From the NCBI GenBank assembly GCA_028279825.1, contig JANQNA010000007.1, positions 89,409 through 153,408 on the forward strand: a DNA stretch of 64,000 nucleotides. The letters are read 5' to 3'. Within the stretch, counting starts at the first letter, position 1, and each line of letters starts with the position of its first letter. The notes below the pieces were generated by a model. It ran no database searches. It worked only from the letters and a program-made list of their open reading frames with translations, and had not been told where the DNA came from. This DNA is from an archaeon. GTDB taxonomy: Archaea; Aenigmatarchaeota; Aenigmatarchaeia; GW2011-AR5. Position numbers and translations under genes: made by a program. Below, one piece after another: positions 39,263 to 47,201 of the stretch.

Positions 39263-39937
39263 TTATAAAATGCTGAAACGACCCACCTGCTTCAGGCCGG
39301 TTTTTTCTATGAGAAATTCGATTTTCTGCCCTTCACCAATGTTTCTGTGTTTACGCAAGATGGCTAATCTCTGGTTTTCTTTTTCCGTGCGGCGTAGCTC
39401 TACTAACGTCTTAGACCAGTATTTGGCTATAGTTCTTGATGTTAGTTCTGTAGTTTCCCCTTTACTGTAAACCTGGTTGGTTACTATAATTGGGATACCT
39501 TTAGTACGGGCTATTCTTGACAGTATTGAATATTGTGTCGCGAGCTGTTTGTTTATCATGGTAAAGTTCTTTTCATCCAGTTCGAGCCTGTATAAAGCTA
39601 CCATCGAGTCTACGACAATAAGTCCAGATTTTTCCGTAAGAGATTTTTCCAGACTTTGAAATCCTCTGTGCTGTTCTGTCCACTCATGAGCCTGGATAAA
39701 TGTTATGTTCTCTAAATGCTTTTCCGTGCCGCCTAATTGCGCGAAGCGCTCGAAAGAAAAGGACCCTTCAGTGTCCATGTAAATTACCTTTTTGCCGGCT
39801 TCACACACACGTAAAGCGGCCGACAGAACTATGTTTGTCTTGCCGGATCCCGGCGGGCCGTATATGTTTGTGATTGCATCGCTTTCTAAACCGCCTTCGA
39901 GAAGCTTATCCAGCGGAGTCTTGGTCTCTAATCTCAT
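39263..39937 (-). CDS. radB: DNA repair and recombination protein RadB
   Basis: 224 aa. [24 protein letters not shown] (Walker A), VIYMDTEGSF. Size is typical of RadB rather than RadA. Confidence 0.85.
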   Translation of the reverse strand: MRLETKTPLDKLLEGGLESDAITNIYGPPGSGKTNIVLSAALRVCEAGKKVIYMDTEGSFSFERFAQLGGTEKHLENITFIQAHEWTEQHRGFQSLEKSLTEKSGLIVVDSMVALYRLELDEKNFTMINKQLATQYSILSRIARTKGIPIIVTNQVYSKGETTELTSRTIAKYWSKTLVELRRTEKENQRLAILRKHRNIGEGQKIEFLIEKTGLKQVGRFSIL

Positions 39938-39967
39938 GTTAGAACTATGAAAGAAGAAAATTTAAAC

Positions 39968-40222
39968 TCAAGGATAATCGACGCAACTATTGTGATTGTC
40001 GGGCTTGCATCTCCTGATCCTGTTAACAGTTTTTACACAACCTTTGATGAAACCATACTTTTTTGAAGCCATAATAAAATAATTGGAACAGGTTGGATAG
40101 AATCTGCACGTTATCCCTCTTTTGTTTAATCTTTCGGAGAGTCTGTCCTGGTGTACTTTTTGAACTAGGGTAATAGAAACTTTTGTTGGGACACTATCAT
40201 TTCTTTTCATAATAGATAACAC
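39968..40222 (-). CDS. yidD: YidD-like membrane protein insertion efficiency factor
   Basis: 84 aa. Signature CRFYPTCSNY…G…C.P. Overlaps the 3' end of the upstream zinc-ribbon ORF. Confidence 0.65.
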   Translation of the reverse strand: MLSIMKRNDSVPTKVSITLVQKVHQDRLSERLNKRGITCRFYPTCSNYFIMASKKYGFIKGCVKTVNRIRRCKPDNHNSCVDYP

Positions 40223-40502
40223 TCTTTTTGATGTTCATGGAATTGCATCCAGGGCATTTGTCGAACGATTTGGATTTCTGGCTCAGGTCTATTGACTTGC
40301 TTGATGACCATGCGCCCCACGGACTCCCGCATGTTCCACAACCGTACAATGCATGTGCCTGAGCCTGTCTTTTTACCACTTTCTTGTCAGAGTCTAAATA
40401 ATGCCATACCTTTCCACATTCGTTACATTTGCATTTATTTTCTTTGATATGTTTTTTTGGATTGAACTGCCCTGATCTTATATTCAGTTTTTTCGCTTTC
40501 AT
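40197..40502 (-). CDS. zinc-ribbon protein, function unknown
   Basis: 101 aa. CKCNECG…CGTCG…CPGCNS cysteine pairs. Confidence 0.5.
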   Translation of the reverse strand: MKAKKLNIRSGQFNPKKHIKENKCKCNECGKVWHYLDSDKKVVKRQAQAHALYGCGTCGSPWGAWSSSKSIDLSQKSKSFDKCPGCNSMNIKKSVIYYEKK

Positions 40503-40544
40503 ACTCCAATATTGGCTTCTTGTATATTAAATATGATATTATTT

Positions 40545-40600
40545 TTAGTGTGTGCGGTAACACTAACTTTAAATACTTTTAGTGTGTACGGTAATACTAA
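40545..40600. promoter_or_regulatory. two tandem 22-bp palindromic operator-like sites
   Basis: TTAGTGTGTGCGGTAACACTAA (40545-40566; arms TTAGTGT/ACACTAA) and TTAGTGTGTACGGTAATACTAA (40579-40600). The two differ at 2 positions and have a 34-bp centre spacing. They sit in the divergent intergenic region directly upstream of the 40618 ORF. Confidence 0.4.
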
Positions 40601-40617
40601 AAGTGGTAATGTGATTT

Positions 40618-40968
40618 GTGATGAAGATAGAAGTAAGAAAGGAGGGAAACGCTGTTATAATAACGTTCGACACCCGGCCTAAAAGATTCAAGTCTGACTA
40701 TGAGCGGAATAAATTCTTTCGTGAATTGCACGGCTGGAACCAGATTGTGCCGAAGGGTGAAAAACGTTATGAGTACAGGAGGAAGGGTCTGTTAGATGAA
40801 ATACCGCACATAAAGGTGGCTGATTCGGCTTTTATCGTGGCTCTTGAACACATGAAGAGGATGGAGAAGTTCTTTGACGAGTGGCATGATAAAGTACACT
40901 GTGAGATGATGAAAATAATGCTCCAGGACCAGGAAAGAATGAAAAAACTGATGGAACAAGAGGATTAA
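40618..40968 (+). CDS. hypothetical protein upstream of cdc48
   Basis: 116-aa charged ORF. No motif recognised. Confidence 0.5.
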   Translation: MMKIEVRKEGNAVIITFDTRPKRFKSDYERNKFFRELHGWNQIVPKGEKRYEYRRKGLLDEIPHIKVADSAFIVALEHMKRMEKFFDEWHDKVHCEMMKIMLQDQERMKKLMEQED

Positions 40969-40999
40969 TAATTGAAAATACAAATATGGAGTGATAGTG

Positions 41000-43261
41000 A
41001 TGGATGACATAAGACTGAAAGTGGGCGAATTGACTGAAAGAGGAGACTTTGGAAGAGGGATTGTCAGGATCTCTGCTAAAGACATGAAAAAAGTTGGAAT
41101 ATCGGAAGGTGACATTGTTGAGATAGAAGGTAAACGTAAAACGGCTGCCATTGCTGTTCGTGCTTATCCGGTTGACATTGGTTTGGATATTTTGAGAATG
41201 GACGGGCTTGAAAGACGTAACTGCGGCGCAGGTATAGGCGAAAGTGTCAAGGTGCGCAAAGCCCAGGTGGTAGAGGCTAAAAGCGTGACTATAGCGCCGG
41301 CCAGAAAGGGAATAATAATTCACATGGGCGGCAACCTAATAAAACAGAATATTCTTATGAGACCCCTTGTTACAGGGGATATTATAATACCGAATCCGAT
41401 AGTTCAAGACAGACGATCAAACAGCGTGTTTGAGCAGTTCTTTGGCATGGATTTCGGCGACTTTTTGTTTACTCCTTTTGGTGAAGAGAAGTTTGTTGTG
41501 GTAAATACAGAACCAAAAGGAATCGTACGTATTACACGTGCTACGGATGTCGAACTTCTTCCGCAGATGACAAAGCCTTTAGAAGAGGAACGTGTACCGG
41601 AAGTTACATACGAGGATCTTGGCGGACTGCACGAAGAAGTTAAGAAAGTAAGAGAAATGATTGAGCTGCCGCTGAAACATCCCGAATTGTTTGAACGTTT
41701 AGGTATAGAACCACCAAAAGGGATACTGCTCCATGGACCGCCCGGATCAGGAAAAACCCTGTTAGCTAAAGCTGTGGCTAACGAATCAGGTGCAAAGTTC
41801 TTTGTGATAAACGGACCGGAAGTCATGAGTAAGTTTTACGGTGAATCCGAGGAGAACCTTAGGAAGATATTTGAGCAGGCGGAGAAGAGCGCGCCTAGTA
41901 TTGTGTTTATAGATGAGATAGATTCGATAGCGCCAAAGCGTGAGGAAGTAAAGGGGGAAGTGGAAAAGCGTGTAGTCTCACAGTTACTGACTTTATTGGA
42001 TGGACTGAAGTCACGCGGAAAACTGATAATTATTGGTGCAACTAACATTCCGAATGCCATAGATCCAGCACTGAGAAGGCCGGGACGGTTTGACCGTGAG
42101 ATTGAATTGGGCGTACCTAACAAGGACGGACGTAAAGAAATCCTACAGATTCATACAAGAGGTATGCCACTTGACAAAGGCGTGGATCTGAACCGCGTAG
42201 CGGAGATAACACACGGTTATGTCGGCGCTGACCTGAATGCTCTTTGTAAGGAGGCAGCCATGTACGCACTTCGTCGTGTGCTGCCGGATCTTGGTACCAT
42301 AAAAGGTGACAGACCGATCCCTCAGGAAATACTGAAAAAACTAATTGTTACAAAGGATGACTTTGAATACGCAATGAAGATGGTTGAGCCTTCAGCAATG
42401 AGAGAAGTGCTAATAGAGATCCCGAAGATTAAGTGGGATGATATTGGCGGACTTGAGGATGTGAAGAAGTCGATGAGAGAGGTTATTGAATGGCCGCTTA
42501 AGTATCCAGACTCTTTCAAACGATTAGGCATAAAGGCTCCTACCGGGGTGATGCTATTTGGACCACCGGGCTGTGGCAAGACGCTGATGGCTAAGGCTGT
42601 AGCCAATGAAAGCGGTGCCAACTTTATCTCCGTAAAAGGACCTGAACTGCTTTCAATGTGGGTCGGTGAAAGTGAAAAGCATGTAAGAGATGTGTTTAGA
42701 AGGGCTAAACAGGTGGCACCTGCGATAATATTCTTTGATGAAATAGATGCACTGGTACCAAAGAGAGGAAGCCAGCAGGATAACAATGCATCGGAAAGAG
42801 TTGTTTCACAGCTTCTGTCGGAAATATCAGGACTGGAAGACATGCATGACATTGTTGTTATTGCTGCGACTAATAGACCGGATATAGTTGATCCTGCCCT
42901 GTTGAGACCGGGCAGATTTGAGCGACAAATTCTTGTACCAACACCAGATGAGAAGTCGAGACTGGCTATTCTTTCAGTCCACACAAAAGACATGCCAATT
43001 GACAAAGACGTTGATCTGAAAAGTATGGCCAGAGAAGTTAATGGATACTCAGGTGCCGACATAGAGGCGCTTGTGCGCGAGGCTGGTATGAGTGCAATAC
43101 GGAGGAGTCCTGATTCAAAGGTTGTTACGCGTAAAGACTTTGAGCATGCAATGAAACAGGTCAAGCCTTCGGTGACAGATGAAATGAACCAGTTCTATGA
43201 ATCAGTCATAAAGAAGAGAAAGGCCAACGTAATCGAGGAAGACGCCAATTATACGGGATGA
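41000..43261 (+). CDS. cdc48: Cdc48/VCP-type AAA+ ATPase
   Basis: N-domain (…[25 protein letters not shown]…) and two AAA modules with GPPGSGKT / GPPGCGKT Walker A and DEID / DEID Walker B. ATG 41000 preferred. Confidence 0.95.
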   Translation: MDDIRLKVGELTERGDFGRGIVRISAKDMKKVGISEGDIVEIEGKRKTAAIAVRAYPVDIGLDILRMDGLERRNCGAGIGESVKVRKAQVVEAKSVTIAPARKGIIIHMGGNLIKQNILMRPLVTGDIIIPNPIVQDRRSNSVFEQFFGMDFGDFLFTPFGEEKFVVVNTEPKGIVRITRATDVELLPQMTKPLEEERVPEVTYEDLGGLHEEVKKVREMIELPLKHPELFERLGIEPPKGILLHGPPGSGKTLLAKAVANESGAKFFVINGPEVMSKFYGESEENLRKIFEQAEKSAPSIVFIDEIDSIAPKREEVKGEVEKRVVSQLLTLLDGLKSRGKLIIIGATNIPNAIDPALRRPGRFDREIELGVPNKDGRKEILQIHTRGMPLDKGVDLNRVAEITHGYVGADLNALCKEAAMYALRRVLPDLGTIKGDRPIPQEILKKLIVTKDDFEYAMKMVEPSAMREVLIEIPKIKWDDIGGLEDVKKSMREVIEWPLKYPDSFKRLGIKAPTGVMLFGPPGCGKTLMAKAVANESGANFISVKGPELLSMWVGESEKHVRDVFRRAKQVAPAIIFFDEIDALVPKRGSQQDNNASERVVSQLLSEISGLEDMHDIVVIAATNRPDIVDPALLRPGRFERQILVPTPDEKSRLAILSVHTKDMPIDKDVDLKSMAREVNGYSGADIEALVREAGMSAIRRSPDSKVVTRKDFEHAMKQVKPSVTDEMNQFYESVIKKRKANVIEEDANYTG

Positions 43262-43392
43262 TAAAATGAAAAAGTGCATAGCATGTGATAGAGAAACAAA
43301 CTGGACTCATACAAAGCAGGGTATAGAGGCAGCTTTTTGCCACTATCATTATCCAATACCTGTCAGAAAAATAATTCTAGAAATTAGATGTA

Positions 43393-43926
43393 CTATTTAG
43401 CTTTGTGGTATTTTTCCCAGACTTCTACTGAATTGATAAAGTTCTGGATAATCTTCATTCCGTCTCCACCCAGCTCCGGGTTGAAGTGGACACCAAAATA
43501 AGGACGCTCCATTTCTGCTATGACTTCGAAAGGATATTTAGAAGATGCCATTACATCAAAGTTTTCAGGCAGATCGTCAAGACCATTGTCACAGTCCTTG
43601 ACCACGGTGAACATTCTTTTCATATCCAAAAGAACAGCACAAGGCCGCTCCATTTTCACACGTTCATTTTTCGGAAACTTACCCGGCACTATTTTTGCTC
43701 CGTATGCTGTACCCAGGAAAAGCGAAGCCATGCCAATGGCCAAAAGAGGCTTGTTGAAAGTCTTGATTATCTTTTCGTTGGCTTTTTGGTTCTTTGCATC
43801 CCCATCCGTCAGAATGATGGCAGATGCGTCTTTTGGAACCTTGTTAGGTTTTACAATTGTGCTGTGACCCCTTATCATCCTAGAAATCTGTTCGGCACCT
43901 TTGCCGTTATCAACTATTACTAACAT
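43393..43926 (-). CDS. class I glutamine amidotransferase-like protein lacking the catalytic Cys and His (GuaA subunit A-like)
   Basis: 177 aa. MLVIVDNG… start. KPLLAIGMASLFLGTAYG where GICLGHQ is expected. FGVHFNPE where QFHPE is expected. Confidence 0.7.
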   Translation of the reverse strand: MLVIVDNGKGAEQISRMIRGHSTIVKPNKVPKDASAIILTDGDAKNQKANEKIIKTFNKPLLAIGMASLFLGTAYGAKIVPGKFPKNERVKMERPCAVLLDMKRMFTVVKDCDNGLDDLPENFDVMASSKYPFEVIAEMERPYFGVHFNPELGGDGMKIIQNFINSVEVWEKYHKAK

Positions 43927-43976
43927 AAATTAACTTCTCCTAGAAACTTTAAAAAATCATGTTACAGCAAAAATAG

Positions 43977-44393
43977 CTAATTTTCTCGACAATGTCCGAA
44001 TGTTGTAACTAATTCGCCAAATTTGTGAACTGCTACTGATTCTTCTGAACGATCGCCACGTGCATAGGCTTCTCTGGCGTCATGCATTGCCTGTCTTGCT
44101 TCTTCTCTGCTCAAACCGCCAAAGACCCTGGTCATTCTTTTCCGGCTGCTGTTTCTGCCGCCAAAACCGGTGTCATCCAGAGTATCGTATCCGTTGTGTC
44201 TACTGTCAATATAAACGGATTCACGCCCTTGATCTACCACTGTGTAACTTACACTACCAGTTCTGTAAAGCTCCCTTGTCACACCACATCTTGTGTGACG
44301 CTCAGGTCCTAATAATTTTCCAAGACCTGCAATTACAAGAATGCCACCTAAAACTAATCCACCAGCCTTTAATCCGCTCATACGTTCAGGCAT
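43977..44393 (-). CDS. membrane-anchored hypothetical protein
   Basis: 138 aa with one N-terminal TM helix (GGLVLGGILVIAGLG). Noticeably more G+C-rich than its surroundings by hand count. Confidence 0.45.
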   Translation of the reverse strand: MPERMSGLKAGGLVLGGILVIAGLGKLLGPERHTRCGVTRELYRTGSVSYTVVDQGRESVYIDSRHNGYDTLDDTGFGGRNSSRKRMTRVFGGLSREEARQAMHDAREAYARGDRSEESVAVHKFGELVTTFGHCREN

Positions 44394-44425
44394 AACTTTG
44401 TTATGTCAGAAAAAAATATAAGTGT

Positions 44426-45334
44426 TTATCGTGTCGTGACGATTGGATCATCTTGGACTATAACAGTGTGTTCGGCCTGGGAGACTAACCCGCCTTTGGC
44501 GTCTCTTAGAGGCGGATATGTTGCAAGAATGTTGTTTTGCGTCAGCTCACGCAAAGCTAGCCTTATTTTGAACAAGGAGCTTGGCAGACCATAGTCTATG
44601 GCATCTTGAGATAACAGCCAGCGTTCTGCGAAAGGCAAACCATTGTATCGCTGTATGAAATTCAGTATCTTTTTAGCTTCGGGACTTCTTACAGGTTTTT
44701 CTTTTTCAAGAGAAAATATCAGTATATCCGGCGTATCGTTTACGTGCCCTGCACCAGTTGACGCAAAAGGCTCTATGGCAATAACCTGATTCTCTTCTAA
44801 AGTCTTGGAAGATGAAAACTTTATGTTTGGTATGCTTGGAGGAGCGTGAACTATGTATTGATCAAGACCATGACCTGTCAGATTTTCTACAGGCTTAAAT
44901 CCATGGGATGTTATTACCTCTTCGATTTTTTCAGAGATTGCCTGTATTTTGGCGCCGGGCCTGATCATGTCTATGGCAGCATTCAGGGCTTCGCGTGAGG
45001 CTTCTACAAGACGTTCGTTACCGCCAAATTGAATCGTCACGGCTGTATCGGCCACATAACCATCAACATGAACACCAATGTCTATTTTTAACACATCAGT
45101 ATCCTTGAGAACAGTCTCATCTTCATGTTTAGGTGTATAATGTGCAGCAAGATCGTTGAGAGACAAATTAATCGGGAATGCCATGTCCGCTCCTTTGTCC
45201 CTGATCATTTTTTCTATTTGCTCTCCAAGCTCAAGAAGCGATACACCTGGTTTTGCAGATTTTGCCGCTTCCTCGCGCGCTTCCTTTGCAATTTTTCCTG
45301 CCTGAATGTATTTTTCAAGAATTTCTGAATTCAT
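44426..45334 (-). CDS. map: type 2 methionine aminopeptidase
   Basis: About 302 aa from ATG 45334 (MNSEILEKYIQAGKIA…). Metal-ligand contexts …DIGVHVDGY… and …HGL…IAIEPF…. Confidence 0.9.
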   Translation of the reverse strand: MNSEILEKYIQAGKIAKEAREEAAKSAKPGVSLLELGEQIEKMIRDKGADMAFPINLSLNDLAAHYTPKHEDETVLKDTDVLKIDIGVHVDGYVADTAVTIQFGGNERLVEASREALNAAIDMIRPGAKIQAISEKIEEVITSHGFKPVENLTGHGLDQYIVHAPPSIPNIKFSSSKTLEENQVIAIEPFASTGAGHVNDTPDILIFSLEKEKPVRSPEAKKILNFIQRYNGLPFAERWLLSQDAIDYGLPSSLFKIRLALRELTQNNILATYPPLRDAKGGLVSQAEHTVIVQDDPIVTTR

Positions 45335-45435
45335 TAGATTACCTTCTTTAGTAAACTTAAATTGGTTTTTGCTTGTAATGCATAACAATTACGTGCGTGA
45401 TTCCAGTTCGTTTTTTATAGATCCCTGGAGAAGTA

Positions 45436-46437
45436 GTGCTAATGGTAAATTTTGCTGACAGTTTGCTACGTGAAATAGATGCAAAGCAAAGTCCCATATG
45501 CGTTGGACTTGATCCTGTTGTTCATAGAATACCGGAAGGGTTGCGACTTCAGGTTATGAGAGAATACTGGAGTCGTTTTGATACACAAGAATTGTCACCA
45601 GATGTTGCAATAAAGGCAACTGCCGAACTTTTTTTCAGATTCAACAAAGCTATTATCGATGCTACACATGAACTGGTTCCTGCTTTCAAACCCCAATCAG
45701 CACACTATGAGAAACTAGGTGCTGAAGGAGTGAGGGCACTTGCAGATACGATCAAATACGTAAAGGAAAAGGGCTGCATCGCTGTGCTGGATGCAAAGAG
45801 ACAGGATATCGGAAAAACGGCAAATGCTTATGCTGATGCGTATCTCGGCCATACAGAACTTATAGACTTTTCAAGAACGTCAATGTTTGATGCTGATGCG
45901 ATTACAATAGGACCTTATCTGGGTTCTGACAGTGTTTCGGAATTCGTAAATGCATGTGAAGGATTTGGGAAGGGTGCTTTTGTTCTTGTCAGGACTTCTA
46001 ACAAATCTGCTGGTGAACTACAAGGTGTGACTACAGACAGCGCTCGTCCTTTATATGCAGAGACAGCTGGATTGGTTCATGAATGGGGTGAATCATTAAG
46101 AGGTCATAGAGGATTTTCATCTTTAGGGGCTGTTGTTGGTGCTACTTATCCAGAAGATGCAGTTGTTTGCAGGGAATTGATGCCACACACGATCTTTCTT
46201 GTACCTGGATATGGTTCTCAGAACGCGAAAGGTGATGATGTTATGCCTAACTTCAAGAAAGGCGGATATGGTGCTGTTGTGAATAGTGCCAGTGATATTA
46301 CGTTTGCTTATCAAAGACAGCCTTACGAAGGAAGATTTAATGATTATACGGATGCAGCAAGAGCAGCCGTACAAGATATGAAAGAAGATATACTTTGTGC
46401 AATGGAAAGGTCCGGCAAGCTTCCTAAAGGATGGTAA
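45436..46437 (+). CDS. pyrF: orotidine 5'-phosphate decarboxylase (long, type 2)
   Basis: 333 aa. PICVGLDP and LDAKRQDIGKT motifs. The track start is GTG; alternative ATG at 45442. Confidence 0.85.
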   Translation: MLMVNFADSLLREIDAKQSPICVGLDPVVHRIPEGLRLQVMREYWSRFDTQELSPDVAIKATAELFFRFNKAIIDATHELVPAFKPQSAHYEKLGAEGVRALADTIKYVKEKGCIAVLDAKRQDIGKTANAYADAYLGHTELIDFSRTSMFDADAITIGPYLGSDSVSEFVNACEGFGKGAFVLVRTSNKSAGELQGVTTDSARPLYAETAGLVHEWGESLRGHRGFSSLGAVVGATYPEDAVVCRELMPHTIFLVPGYGSQNAKGDDVMPNFKKGGYGAVVNSASDITFAYQRQPYEGRFNDYTDAARAAVQDMKEDILCAMERSGKLPKGW

Positions 46438-47201
46438 CTATGGAATGGTCTGAAAGAAAAGAAGTAACAGCTAGTCAACTTTTGAATAGATTTTATGATT
46501 GTGGATTGGTAATGACTTGGTATGGTCATAAACCAGACGGGTGGACGCTTAGATCTGGTGTATGGAGTCCTTATTACATTAATTTACGACCATTGTCGAG
46601 TCATCCTAGCCTTCTAAGGGAGGTTGGTAATGCGGTGGCTGACATGATGATAAACGAAGCTGAATACTGTCAAAATTCCACCTATGGGCTTGTAGGTGTT
46701 GCCCAAGCAGGGGTGCCTATAGCAATCTCAGCGGGAATTGGTAGGGAAATACCTGCTTTATGGACAAGAAAAATAGACGCGAAGAGTCCTGAAGATGTTA
46801 TAGAAGGAATTAAAGCTTACGGACATCACACTATGGTTGAAGGTGTAATGCATGATGGCAGCCGCTTGGCTGTAGTTGATGATTTGGTTACAGACTTTGG
46901 CAGTAAGTTGGTTGCAGTTGAACAGGTAAAGGCTGAAGCAAGTGAAAGGGACTTGAATGTTACATGTGAGGATGTTGGTGTTGTTCTTGACAGGGAACAA
47001 GGTGCTGCTGAAGCCGCTCGTGAACATGGAATGAACTTGTATTCTTTGATACCTTTCAAGTCAAGAGGTATGGATTTACTGGGTGATAGACTTCATCCTG
47101 TAGAAAGGGAACATCTTATTGGCTATATGGATGATCCTGTGAGGTATCAAAACGATCCAGAATTGAGACGGCACTTAATAGAACTTGCCAAAAACAGGTA
47201 A
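46431..47201 (+). CDS. pyrE: orotate phosphoribosyltransferase-like protein
   Basis: 256 aa. …RSGVWSPYYINLRPL… and PRPP motif LAVVDDLVTDFGSK. Overlaps pyrF by 7 nt. Longer than a typical PyrE. Confidence 0.7.
   Translation: MVTMEWSERKEVTASQLLNRFYDCGLVMTWYGHKPDGWTLRSGVWSPYYINLRPLSSHPSLLREVGNAVADMMINEAEYCQNSTYGLVGVAQAGVPIAISAGIGREIPALWTRKIDAKSPEDVIEGIKAYGHHTMVEGVMHDGSRLAVVDDLVTDFGSKLVAVEQVKAEASERDLNVTCEDVGVVLDREQGAAEAAREHGMNLYSLIPFKSRGMDLLGDRLHPVEREHLIGYMDDPVRYQNDPELRRHLIELAKNR

Noticed and set aside
40545-40600. Possible CRISPR-like repeats
   Set aside because: There are only two copies. Each is itself a palindrome located in a promoter region, and no cas genes are nearby. They are interpreted as operator sites.
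42322-43164. 280-aa minus-strand ORF (and 41404-41826, 41836-42123) inside cdc48
   Set aside because: These are antisense shadows of a highly conserved AAA+ gene. The products are Ser/Leu/Thr-rich with no motifs.
43266-43430. 54-aa plus-strand ORF right after cdc48 (MKKCIACDRETNW…FCHYHY…)
   Set aside because: The CxxC…CxxH pattern is suggestive of a mini zinc protein. However, its 3' part overlaps the convergent GATase-like gene by 38 nt and nothing else supports it. It is left unannotated.
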